The notes: generated from the letters alone by a model not told the origin. A DNA stretch of 61,565 nt from an uncultured Gammaproteobacteria bacterium (GCA_964550845.1 CAZKAD010000001.1:197750-259314), one strand, 5' to 3'; positions 8,863 through 16,648 are shown, numbered from the stretch's first letter. Program-made: numbers and translations.

Positions 8863-9489
8863 ATGTCAATCCGAAAGTGGACAGATGGTCATTTTTGTTT
8901 TAAATTTGGCGATTCTCGAGAGTTTTGGAAATCAATTACAAAAGCTGAAGTTACAGATGAAATGATGAAGAAGTATAAAATGACCGGGATTTATGGTCTT
9001 ATAACTGGTATGATTGATAAGAATACCGAAGCTGCTTACGGACCTGCAGTGGAGACAAAAGACAAAATCATAACTCTTTCTGGAATTGATGCTCTTTTCG
9101 ACATTCGAGTCAAGAATGCAACTTACGCCCGATTGAAAACATTTGAGCATTCGAATTATTTTACTCCAATCGAATTTGTGAATAAGAACGGAATCCCCAC
9201 AGGAAGTGAAAACGTCCCTTCGGAACTCGAACTTGAAGGTTGTGATTTACATCATCCTTTGTTTATTGGTCCACAAAATAAGTTCTCTCTGAAAGAGAAA
9301 TTCGTGATCGACACTGATGGTGAAATTATTCAATATCGACAAATGGTTATAAGTCTATCGAAAGCTGATGAATTTTACAGAAAATTTGCAATTGCTCGTA
9401 CGGCGCCTTCAATCTTTTCGAATGAAAGAGTTATTTTGACTGGAATCGGAATTGCAAGTCTTACGTTTAATTTGAAGGAAGCGAGTTAA
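8863..9489 (+). CDS. hypothetical protein, family member 2
   Basis: 208 aa with REFWKSITKAEVT, ALFDIRVKNATYARL, LEGCDLHHPL and IDTDGEIIQYRQ. Hairpin 9501..9528. Confidence 0.8.
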   Translation: MSIRKWTDGHFCFKFGDSREFWKSITKAEVTDEMMKKYKMTGIYGLITGMIDKNTEAAYGPAVETKDKIITLSGIDALFDIRVKNATYARLKTFEHSNYFTPIEFVNKNGIPTGSENVPSELELEGCDLHHPLFIGPQNKFSLKEKFVIDTDGEIIQYRQMVISLSKADEFYRKFAIARTAPSIFSNERVILTGIGIASLTFNLKEAS

Positions 9490-9500
9490 CATTTGATCCT

Positions 9501-9528
9501 AAATTTTCATCTCGAGAGATGAAAATTT
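9501..9528. terminator. hairpin downstream of 8863..9489
   Basis: Arms aaattttcatc / gatgaaaattt, centre tcgaga. Confidence 0.65.
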
Positions 9529-9549
9529 TTACAATAATAAATGTGCCTC

Positions 9550-9660
9550 TTAACGTCCTCGAAAGGACTGGTTAAACGTCCTCGAAAGGACTGGTTAAAC
9601 GTCCTCGAAAGGACTAGTTAAACGTCCTCGAAAAAAGGACTGGTTAAACGTCTAGAAAAC
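9550..9660 (+). repeat. GTTAAAC-hairpin element, tandem array (~4.5 units)
   Basis: ttaa(a)cgtcctcgaaaggactgg repeated with period 23 (26 in unit 4), between convergent genes. Confidence 0.9.
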
Positions 9661-9663
9661 CAA

Positions 9664-10233
9664 TTAAATAATTTCAAATCGACTTACACGCAGACCTGAT
9701 GTCACATCATAATCAATCTCAATTCTTTTTCCATTTTCGAGCACTGATCTTGAAGTTGATTGAAGCAAATATTGTGATCGATGGGCATTTTTCATCTGAG
9801 CAACTTTGTAGTGTAAAGTATGACCATCGGTTTCAATTACAAACTTGTTATACAGAGAATTGAACAATGGATAATCAAGATTACAACCTTCGAGCGTCAA
9901 AATATTTTCGCTTTCTGCGGAGGCGAATCTGAAAGAGATAAAATCGAGATGTTGTTCAAACCCGTCGAGTCGAAGACGGGCAAAAGTCCCTCCAATCACA
10001 TACAAATCAAATAATCCGTCGAACAAAATTGGAATCGAAATTCTTCCATCCTTTATCTCTGCTTGACGAGACAAATAAACTACATCCTTCTCTGACATCA
10101 CATTGGTTGCGACACAAAGTTTGACGCTATCTGGCATCTCTTCGACATATTGATGATCATTGTCGAGCTGTTCGATCAATTCTTGTTGATTGAATTCCTC
10201 TTTGGAAAAATTTCTCCAGATTGTGTTATCCAT
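9664..10233 (-). CDS. hypothetical protein, divergent family member 3
   Basis: 189 aa with WRNFSKEEF, GLFDLYVIGGTFARL, LEGCNLDYPL and IETDGHTLHYK. AAAATTGA on the gene strand at 10267..10274. Confidence 0.8.
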   Translation of the reverse strand: MDNTIWRNFSKEEFNQQELIEQLDNDHQYVEEMPDSVKLCVATNVMSEKDVVYLSRQAEIKDGRISIPILFDGLFDLYVIGGTFARLRLDGFEQHLDFISFRFASAESENILTLEGCNLDYPLFNSLYNKFVIETDGHTLHYKVAQMKNAHRSQYLLQSTSRSVLENGKRIEIDYDVTSGLRVSRFEII

Positions 10234-10266
10234 TCCGGGTTTTTAATTCAATCGTTTAAAAAGTGA

Positions 10267-10274
10267 TCAATTTT
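10267..10274 (-). promoter_or_regulatory. AAAATTGA octamer
   Basis: 34 nt upstream of ATG 10233. Confidence 0.6.
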
Positions 10275-10344
10275 TTACTTCCCGTAAGACTCATAAAAAT
10301 GACTTAAATAAAATTGGACTAAATAAACTCTTTAGTTGTTAATC

Positions 10345-11055
10345 ATGGATGAAATGGATCAATTGGCTCGAGATCTTGAACAGAAAATTCAACAATTTCA
10401 TCTCAGAAATAATCTTCCAGCTACGTCCTCCGAAATTAATTACCGAGAAGAAGATGCCGAAGTAACTAAAGATCCAAGAAGCTTCTGGAGAGAATTGACA
10501 AAGGAAGAAATGACTGAGCAAAAATTGCTTCAACGATGCAGTCCTGAAAATCTCTCTGAAGTTTCAATTGATCAGCAGCTTTTTCTTGGACTTGCTATGT
10601 CCAAGAAAGATGTAGTGTATCATCGACGAAAATTGCAAATGAATTTCACAGGAGAATCTCTCTGGAAATGTCGACTCAACGATTATGACGGTGTCTTTGA
10701 TTTGAAAGTGAAAGGCGGGACATGGGCAGATTTAGTGATTTCTACAACTGGTTATGACCCGATTCGAATTAAATTTGCCGCTCGTTCATGTCAGCAAGGT
10801 GAATCTTCGGATGGAAAGATTAGTCATCAATTGGTGCTCGAAGAGTGCAACCGAGATAATCCTCTTTTTATTTCTGCTGCCCTTCGAAACAGATATTTTA
10901 TTGAAACGAATGGCTCGGAGATTGAATTTACAGGGTTCCGTTATCAAAATAATGTCCGCCGGCAAATTGATAAACTCAATCCGATGGCTTCTGTATCAGT
11001 TTTTGAAACTGGTCAAGTGATTAAAATTGGTTTACAGAGCCTCGTACTTATATGA
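10345..11055 (+). CDS. hypothetical protein, divergent family member 4
   Basis: ORF 10336..11055 trimmed to the first ATG. Motifs RSFWRELTKEEMT, GVFDLKVKGGTWADL, LEECNRDNPL and IETNGSEIEF. Confidence 0.75.
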   Translation: MDEMDQLARDLEQKIQQFHLRNNLPATSSEINYREEDAEVTKDPRSFWRELTKEEMTEQKLLQRCSPENLSEVSIDQQLFLGLAMSKKDVVYHRRKLQMNFTGESLWKCRLNDYDGVFDLKVKGGTWADLVISTTGYDPIRIKFAARSCQQGESSDGKISHQLVLEECNRDNPLFISAALRNRYFIETNGSEIEFTGFRYQNNVRRQIDKLNPMASVSVFETGQVIKIGLQSLVLI

Positions 11056-11105
11056 TTGATCAGTAAACACATTCTCTTGAATTGATTAAAAGTCTTTTTG
11101 AAAGA

Positions 11106-11113
11106 AAAATTGA
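11106..11113 (+). promoter_or_regulatory. AAAATTGA octamer
   Basis: Overlaps hairpin 11109..11136. It lies upstream of the small ORF 11141..11332 and of the 11316 gene. Confidence 0.45.
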
Positions 11114-11136
11114 TCATTTGCTTTAAAATGATCAAT
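11109..11136. terminator. hairpin downstream of 10345..11055
   Basis: Arms attgatcatt / aatgatcaat, 8-nt loop. Confidence 0.5.
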
Positions 11137-11315
11137 CGAAATGAAACGTTGTTCTTTTCATCATTCACTGAGAGAATATTTGTATCAACGAGCTTTTCTC
11201 CGTTCGCTTGGGACGTTTAACTTTGTCGACGTTAGCTTAATTAATTCGGGTAAATTTCCATTTACAATTTCGGAAGGTTTAGTCAAGTACGCTCGAACCG
11301 GAGATCGAAATTGTC

Positions 11316-11681
11316 ATGTCTTCTCGAATTGATGTACTTGCTAAAACCATCTTTACAATTGCTATATTCGGATTGGCCATCTTTTTCACTCTATTGTCAA
11401 TTTACCGAACACCGAATTATCAAGAATGCGATTATAAGTTTTGTACAACTCCTTGTCCGACAAATCCTGATATTTGTAGAGAATATGGCTGTAATGTGTG
11501 CTATAGCAAAGGATCTTGTATTGACAATTGCCAACCTTATCCATTGGCAAGCTTTATCATTTCTGTAATTGCTGCAATTGTAATGTGGATTACAATATTA
11601 TTTTGGCTTTATTATTTGATTAAGGCAGCTCGAAACCATCAGATCGAAGCTCAACAATACGAAGGTTATCGAACTTTTTAA
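11316..11681 (+). CDS. small TM - Cys-rich - TM membrane protein
   Basis: 121 aa: an N-terminal TM (IFTIAIFGLAIFFTLLSI), a 10-Cys segment, then a second TM. The stop TAA lies inside the first GTTAAAC unit. Confidence 0.75.
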   Translation: MSSRIDVLAKTIFTIAIFGLAIFFTLLSIYRTPNYQECDYKFCTTPCPTNPDICREYGCNVCYSKGSCIDNCQPYPLASFIISVIAAIVMWITILFWLYYLIKAARNHQIEAQQYEGYRTF

Positions 11682-11760
11682 ACATCCCTTCGGGATTGGT
11701 TAAACATCCCTTCGGGATTGGTTAAACGGCCCTTCGGGATTGGTTAAACTTCCTTCAAAT
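11678..11760 (+). repeat. GTTAAAC-hairpin element, tandem array (~3.5 units)
   Basis: ttaaacatcccttcgggattgg x2, ttaaacggcccttcgggattgg, and a partial unit. The first unit holds the stop codon of 11316..11681. Confidence 0.9.
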
Positions 11761-11769
11761 TGATATAAA

Positions 11770-11777
11770 AAAATTGA
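11770..11777 (+). promoter_or_regulatory. AAAATTGA octamer
   Basis: 65 nt upstream of the kinase ATG 11842. Confidence 0.6.
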
Positions 11778-11796
11778 TATTCTCTCGAATATCAAT
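11773..11796. terminator. hairpin overlapping the kinase promoter octamer
   Basis: Arms attgatattc / gaatatcaat, loop tctc. Confidence 0.5.
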
Positions 11797-11841
11797 ATTG
11801 AAGATTAAAGATTGAATCATAACTTATGTTGTCAATTGTGA

Positions 11842-12696
11842 ATGGACCATCTTTTAAGAAGTATTTTTGAATGTTCGAAAAATAAACTCTGGAATCATTA
11901 TCGGCTTCCCGAATTGGATGCCAAAGAATGTCTCGAGCGAGGATTTCAACTTGGCAAAGAAATTCATTCTACAAAGCATCACGCAATTCTATTGGCAGCT
12001 CGAGAAGGAAAGGTTTTTGCACTTAAAGTGACAACCAAAACTGCAGTGCTCGCTCAAAGATTGGCAACTGAATCAAAAATTCAACCCTCGCCTTATTTAT
12101 TAACTTATGTTGAAAGGTTTGAAACTCGATCAAGAATTGTTTCAGTCTATCCTTACATGGAAAAAAGAAGTCTAGATAAATGTCCACAGGAAATACTTCG
12201 TGGTAGTTTTATTAGTATCTCTCTTGATGTTTGTAGAGGAATTGAGGCTCTTCATCAACAAAATTTGGTCCATCGAGATATCAAACTTCAAAATGTCTTG
12301 TTCGATCAGAAATGTAAATTAATCGATTTCGAATTTTGTATCCCGGTTGGTGATCCGATTGACGCAATTGGAACTCCGAATTATCTGGCTCCAGAAAATT
12401 TCTTAACGAAAAACCTGAAAGCGAGTTGTTCATTGGATATTTGGAGTCTCGGTGTAGTTTTTTACAAGATTTTGACAGAAAAGCTACCCTTTGATGGACT
12501 TGATCTCCAAGATTTGATTCCAAAGATTAAAGCCCAACCGATTGATTTTTCAATTGTTCCAGAGCCTTACCGTCCATTAATTTCAAAGATGCTTGAACGT
12601 GATCCAATTAAACGGATTGTAATTGGAGACGTAATTCAAGCATTGAAATCCCTTCGATATCCACCATTTCGAACAAATGTCGACAAAAAGGTTTGA
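11842..12696 (+). CDS. Ser/Thr protein kinase
   Basis: 284 aa with HRDIKLQNVLF, DFEF and GTPNYLAPE, then DIWSLGVVFY. AAAATTGA at 11770..11777; hairpin 12722..12747. Confidence 0.9.
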   Translation: MDHLLRSIFECSKNKLWNHYRLPELDAKECLERGFQLGKEIHSTKHHAILLAAREGKVFALKVTTKTAVLAQRLATESKIQPSPYLLTYVERFETRSRIVSVYPYMEKRSLDKCPQEILRGSFISISLDVCRGIEALHQQNLVHRDIKLQNVLFDQKCKLIDFEFCIPVGDPIDAIGTPNYLAPENFLTKNLKASCSLDIWSLGVVFYKILTEKLPFDGLDLQDLIPKIKAQPIDFSIVPEPYRPLISKMLERDPIKRIVIGDVIQALKSLRYPPFRTNVDKKV

Positions 12697-12721
12697 CAAT
12701 TTACGTTACAACTTCAATTTT

Positions 12722-12747
12722 AATTCACTCCTTTCGAGGAGTGAATT
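12722..12747. terminator. hairpin downstream of kinase 11842..12696
   Basis: Arms aattcactcc / ggagtgaatt, loop tttcga. Confidence 0.65.
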
Positions 12748-12755
12748 TTTTGGGC

Positions 12756-12890
12756 TTACAAAATTTCAGCGAATTGCCAAGGGCGAGCGAGAAAATCGGC
12801 GCGTCTCTTCAGTGACGCCATGAAGTGAAATAGAAACGGAGCTGCAACATAATTTGGCAGCCCGCGATCAGGCTGGTAGCGAAGTTTCAT
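12756..12890 (-). other. GC-rich island: candidate 44-codon ORF or structured RNA
   Basis: Not in the ORF track because it is under 60 aa. The minus strand reads ATG..TAA as MKLRYQPDRGLPNYVAAPFLFHFMASLKRRADFLARPWQFAEIL. It is markedly more GC-rich than the flanks, and hairpin 12722..12747 lies just downstream. Confidence 0.3.
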
Positions 12891-13056
12891 GCGGATACTA
12901 TGCAATTTTATTTGGAAAAGGAAAAAAGGAATTTTTCCATTTTATCCTTTAACCTTTTTACGGGGATACAATGTGATTGACAATTGAAAAAATTTTGCGG
13001 CTATCTTTTATCTCCGAGACAAGACAACTTACTGTTTAGATGGATCTTTATAGAAC

Positions 13057-13064
13057 AAAATTGA
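13057..13064 (+). promoter_or_regulatory. AAAATTGA octamer
   Basis: 41 nt upstream of ATG 13105. Confidence 0.6.
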
Positions 13065-13104
13065 ATAAATTTTTTACTATATCTATTATTTACCAATTGT
13101 AAAA

Positions 13105-13491
13105 ATGCGTCTCTACATTGCAGTCGCAATTGCAACATTTTTGTTAATTGGTGGTATTTTGATGATTGCTTTTGGCACTCATCAAAAGAAATATGATTGC
13201 AATCAGCCAGAAAATATGTGTACCGGATACGACTCTAATCGGGTAGTTAATTGTTTAACTTATCCAGATGGATGTAATGGATGTAATGGATGTCTTTTGT
13301 ATCAATTTGACGGACCAGAATACGGTCCTTCCGAATGTAAACCTTTTGACTGTGATTCAAATTTGTTATCTCCAGGAGGTATTTTAATGATCGGATTTGG
13401 CTCTTTATGTACATTCGGAGCGGTATTAATTTGCATTCTTGCCTGCATTTGTTGTCGGAATCAAAAGACGGAAGAACAAATTAATGTATAA
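13105..13491 (+). CDS. small TM - Cys-rich - TM membrane protein
   Basis: 128 aa with the same architecture as 11316..11681. AAAATTGA at 13057..13064; hairpin 13511..13534. Confidence 0.75.
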   Translation: MRLYIAVAIATFLLIGGILMIAFGTHQKKYDCNQPENMCTGYDSNRVVNCLTYPDGCNGCNGCLLYQFDGPEYGPSECKPFDCDSNLLSPGGILMIGFGSLCTFGAVLICILACICCRNQKTEEQINV

Positions 13492-13510
13492 TGTATAACG
13501 CTCGTATAAA

Positions 13511-13534
13511 ATTTACTCTCCTCGGAGAGTAAAT
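13511..13534. terminator. hairpin downstream of 13105..13491
   Basis: Arms atttactctc / gagagtaaat, loop ctcg. Confidence 0.65.
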
Positions 13535-13547
13535 TCTTCTTCTCTGA

Positions 13548-13555
13548 AAAATTGA
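13548..13555 (+). promoter_or_regulatory. AAAATTGA octamer
   Basis: 39 nt upstream of ATG 13594. Confidence 0.6.
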
Positions 13556-13557
13556 TA

Positions 13558-13585
13558 TTAAAAGTCTCTTCGAGACTTGTTAAAA
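13558..13585 (+). repeat. GTTAAAC-hairpin element, single variant copy
   Basis: ttaaaagtctcttcgagacttgttaaaa, between octamer 13548 and ATG 13594. Confidence 0.7.
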
Positions 13586-13593
13586 TAAACAAA

Positions 13594-15849
13594 ATGAAAC
13601 TCCATCTGAAGAATTTTGGGGTTCATCTTCAACGAACCTTTGAGTTTCCTGATAAAGGAACAGTACTTCTTTCAGGTGTTTCGGGAAAAGGCAAAACTAC
13701 AGTGTTTCGTGCTATTCATTTTGCGTTAACTGGTGAGAGCAAAATGGTCACTCACGGAGAAAGTAAATCGTCAGTGATTCTCGAATATCCGCATGAAGGC
13801 AAATTAATTAAAATTACCCGCACTAATCGACCTGTCCGTGTGGTACTTGAAAAAGATGGCAGAATATGCGAAGATGAAGAAGCTCAAGGAGAAATTAATC
13901 GAATTTTTCCTTCTTTTACCATTGCCGGATATATCTTTCAAAAAGGCCTCAATTCATTTCTCGGAATGACTCCGATGGAGAAATTGAGGTTCCTTGAAGA
14001 AATTATTTTCACTGGTTTGAATCTTGATGAACAAAAGGAGAGAATCAAAGCAATGATTTCAGCAGCTGAACAAAGTTTTCTTCTCAAAAAAGGTGAATAT
14101 GAAAGTCTGCAGAAAAACTTTCCTGCTGTTCCTCAAAATAAATGGGACGCTGAACTGTTATCAAAGCAAACTGTTGAAATTCCACAACAATTAAAACAAC
14201 TTGCCGAACGTGTTGAGACTGTTCGCCTTTCACTTGAACGATGCATTCGACAGCAAGAGGAAAAAAAGAGACTTGAGCGAGAATTATCCAGCATTCGAAT
14301 TCAAGAAGTGCCCTCACAGTTACCAAACTATGATTCCTTAATTGAAGAATGGAAGAGATATCATCAATATCAATCTGATTTGAAAACGATTGCTGATCTT
14401 GAACAATATTGTAGCCAAGTGAATGCTGGACTATCTTCAACCAGAGAAAAATTAGCTCAACTTGATTTTCATCCTGAATTGAAAGTTGAACTCGAAAAAG
14501 AAGCTCTTCTTCTCAATAATCAACTTACACAAAAGAAGAGATATGACGATTATTTAATTGCGAAGCAAAAATATCAACCAGATCGAGAAAAAGAGTTGAT
14601 GAAGATGAAAGAAGAGCGAGAAACTTTTTTGACTTCGTATAGACTCGGTAGAGAGATTCGAAAATGTCCATCTTGCACTAAACCACTCAGATGGCATCAA
14701 AATCATCTTTATCTCGCCGAAACTATTAATTACTCGGTTGAAGAGGAAACCAAACTTTCTCAAGAATTAGAAGGATGGAAAAGAGAGCTTTTAGTGATTT
14801 CACGTGATAATTCGAATTTTATTCGATCATATCCAAATCCAATTGAAGATCCAAATATTTCGCTAAATCAAATCGAGCAATTTCGCAGTCGACTTTCTGA
14901 ATTATCCCAGTTAATCAATCTCGAAAAACAACGTGAACAAAACTTTCAACTTCTCTCAACACAAGAAAAAGCTTTTTTGGAAGCTTCAAAGAATCAAGTT
15001 CAGTTTGAAGCACAGATTATTGAAAAGAAAAGCAAACTGCTTGCGGTAAATGAACCTCCTCTTTCATTTCAAGAAGTTCAACGATTACAACAAGTTTATT
15101 TAACAAACGAAAAAACTCGAGATAAAATAATCGTCGAAAATCGAGTTCAAGAAGAAAGGAAATCGAAATTAACTCAAGAGTTAAATGCTGTGCAAAATGA
15201 TGTTAGTCTCGAGGGACTCGAAATTTTACGTAAAGAACTATTGTCTCTCCAAGAAGATCAAAGAAAAACTCAGCAAAAACAGCTTCAGCTTTGCACTGAA
15301 ATCTCAGAATATAATACTTATATTCGCGATTGTCAAAAATATAACGCTGAAGTGGAACGATTGACTCAGATTGGATTGCAATATGCTGCAACCGAAAGAT
15401 ATTTTACCAAGACGAAACAATTCCGAGATCTTTTTCTCTCAGCAGAAATGACTACTTTGTCAAGTTGCATTGACGAACTGAATTATTTACTTCAAAATTA
15501 TCTCAACATTTTCTTCGAACACCCACTCACAATTGAGATTTCGTTGTTTAAAGTTAATGAAAAGAGTAAAACTGTGCGCAATCAAGTCAATTTGATTGTT
15601 GGATATCAAGGTCACGCGATTGATTTGAATAGTTTGAGTGGAGGAGAACAAGATCGAGTTAATCTCGCCTTTACTCTTGCGTTAGCCGATTTATTTAATT
15701 TGCCATTAGTGATGTTTGATGAAACATTGAGTAGTCTTGATGCTCAAAGTGCTGAAAATGTGATTGAACATCTCCCGAAAGATCGTCTGACTCTTTTGAT
15801 TGCACATCAAGTCACCGAAGGTAGCTTTGATATCGTGATGAAGGTATGA
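13594..15849 (+). CDS. Rad50/SbcC-like SMC-family ATPase
   Basis: Trimmed to the ATG at 13594. Walker A is GVSGKGKTT, long coiled-coil segments follow, and a central CPSC resembles a zinc hook. The C-terminal signature and Walker B read LSGGEQDRVNLAFTLALADLFNLPLVMFDE. Confidence 0.85.
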   Translation: MKLHLKNFGVHLQRTFEFPDKGTVLLSGVSGKGKTTVFRAIHFALTGESKMVTHGESKSSVILEYPHEGKLIKITRTNRPVRVVLEKDGRICEDEEAQGEINRIFPSFTIAGYIFQKGLNSFLGMTPMEKLRFLEEIIFTGLNLDEQKERIKAMISAAEQSFLLKKGEYESLQKNFPAVPQNKWDAELLSKQTVEIPQQLKQLAERVETVRLSLERCIRQQEEKKRLERELSSIRIQEVPSQLPNYDSLIEEWKRYHQYQSDLKTIADLEQYCSQVNAGLSSTREKLAQLDFHPELKVELEKEALLLNNQLTQKKRYDDYLIAKQKYQPDREKELMKMKEERETFLTSYRLGREIRKCPSCTKPLRWHQNHLYLAETINYSVEEETKLSQELEGWKRELLVISRDNSNFIRSYPNPIEDPNISLNQIEQFRSRLSELSQLINLEKQREQNFQLLSTQEKAFLEASKNQVQFEAQIIEKKSKLLAVNEPPLSFQEVQRLQQVYLTNEKTRDKIIVENRVQEERKSKLTQELNAVQNDVSLEGLEILRKELLSLQEDQRKTQQKQLQLCTEISEYNTYIRDCQKYNAEVERLTQIGLQYAATERYFTKTKQFRDLFLSAEMTTLSSCIDELNYLLQNYLNIFFEHPLTIEISLFKVNEKSKTVRNQVNLIVGYQGHAIDLNSLSGGEQDRVNLAFTLALADLFNLPLVMFDETLSSLDAQSAENVIEHLPKDRLTLLIAHQVTEGSFDIVMKV

Positions 15850-15864
15850 GAGGAATTGAAAATT

Positions 15865-15884
15865 GAATCTTTCTTAAAAGATTC
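15865..15884. terminator. hairpin downstream of 13594..15849
   Basis: Arms gaatcttt / aaagattc, loop ctta. Confidence 0.5.
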
Positions 15885-15962
15885 AAAAAGAAAGATTCTG
15901 AAAGGAAATGCCATTTGACGCTGAAAAACTCTACTGTTCACTTGAGACGGTGGTAGAACAAT

Positions 15963-15986
15963 ATCTTTTTCCCTTGGGAAAAAGAT
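15963..15986. terminator. hairpin at the 3' end of RING gene 15986..16606
   Basis: Arms atctttttcc / ggaaaaagat, loop cttg. Confidence 0.55.
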
Positions 15987-16606
15987 TATTCGATAATTTC
16001 TTGTCTTAATTTGTATTGTGATAGTATAAAAATACAATGAATAGTATCAAAGCCGAGTAAAATTGGGCAAAAAAGAGGTTTTGGTAAAAAAACAACTGAA
16101 CAAGCTAATACTATTAAAATCCGATCGGCAACTGCTCGATATCCTCGAGTCCATTGATTTTGCCTGGGAGGTGAAGAGAAGATATAAGTTAATGCATGAA
16201 TGGGAGAAGCAAATAAATAAGGAAGAAAATTGTGTTCAATTTCCACACTATCAAGAGCAAATAAACAAATCATTGTAAGAGAAAATATCATGCTGAGTCC
16301 TCGAAGAACAAGAACGAAAATTGAAATGCGTATTCTTTCTTGCTGCTGAGGCGACACTTCTGGTCTCGGAGCGGGAAGATTGCAAAAAGGACATCTTTTA
16401 CATTCGTTTTGACAATCTTGACAAATTGGATGAATACAATTGCATTCTCGAATAAAAGAATAATTCAGCATCGAACCTTGACGAACCATACAAATTTTAC
16501 AAATTTTTTCATCGTCGATTGCAGGTGGACAAATTTTTTCATCGTCGATTGTAGGTAGACAAATTTTTTCATCGTTAACGATAGATAATTGAGACTCTAC
16601 ATCCAT
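15986..16606 (-). CDS. membrane-anchored RING-finger protein
   Basis: 206 aa. N-terminal DDEKIC repeats precede CKIC...CNCIHPICQDC...CKRCPFC, then hydrophobic C-terminal segments. AAAATTGA on the gene strand at 16641..16648. Confidence 0.8.
   Translation of the reverse strand: MDVESQLSIVNDEKICLPTIDDEKICPPAIDDEKICKICMVRQGSMLNYSFIRECNCIHPICQDCQNECKRCPFCNLPAPRPEVSPQQQERIRISIFVLVLRGLSMIFSLTMICLFALDSVEIEHNFLPYLFASPIHALTYIFSSPPRQNQWTRGYRAVADRILIVLACSVVFLPKPLFCPILLGFDTIHCIFILSQYKLRQEIIE
16501..16577. repeat. 30-bp coding tandem repeat x2.5 in the RING gene
   Basis: aaattttttcatcgtcgattg(c/t)aggt(g/a)gac, encoding the DDEKIC.P.I repeats. Confidence 0.85.
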
Positions 16607-16640
16607 TGCTGAGTTTTTAAATAGTCGAATGAAATCAAGT

Positions 16641-16648
16641 TCAATTTT
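16641..16648 (-). promoter_or_regulatory. AAAATTGA octamer
   Basis: 35 nt upstream of ATG 16606. Confidence 0.6.

Noticed and set aside
9550-9660. Could the regularly spaced 23-bp repeats be a CRISPR array?
   Set aside because: The units abut each other head to tail with no unique spacers. The period equals the unit length, no cas-like genes are nearby, and the context is a eukaryotic giant virus. It is a tandem repeat, not a CRISPR array.
11141-11332. 63-aa ORF directly downstream of octamer 11106..11113
   Set aside because: It overlaps the start of the better-supported 11316..11681 gene by 17 nt and has no recognisable features. The interval may simply be the 5' leader of that gene. I could not decide either way, so it is not listed as a CDS.
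12760-12900. tRNA or other canonical small RNA in the GC-rich island
   Set aside because: I found no GTTCRANYC-like T-arm, no cloverleaf of appropriate spacing, and no box A or box B-like motifs. It is kept only as an unclassified candidate (see findings).
13552-13593. N-terminal extensions in the ORF track (13552, 18895, 27004, 27847, 29096, 29689, 30149, 31861, 42001, 53376, 56740, 2970, 28962)
   Set aside because: The extensions start at non-ATG codons and/or run through terminator hairpins, repeat units or the neighbouring gene. I trimmed each to the first ATG compatible with those signals. Exact starts remain unverified.
15908-16009. 33-codon ORF (MPFDAEKLYCSLETVVEQYLFPLGKRLFDNFLS) 42 nt after an orphan AAAATTGA at 15859..15866
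   Set aside because: It runs through terminator hairpin 15963..15986 and overlaps the 3' end of the RING gene on the other strand. The octamer here is part of the hairpin-rich convergent intergenic region and is probably fortuitous.
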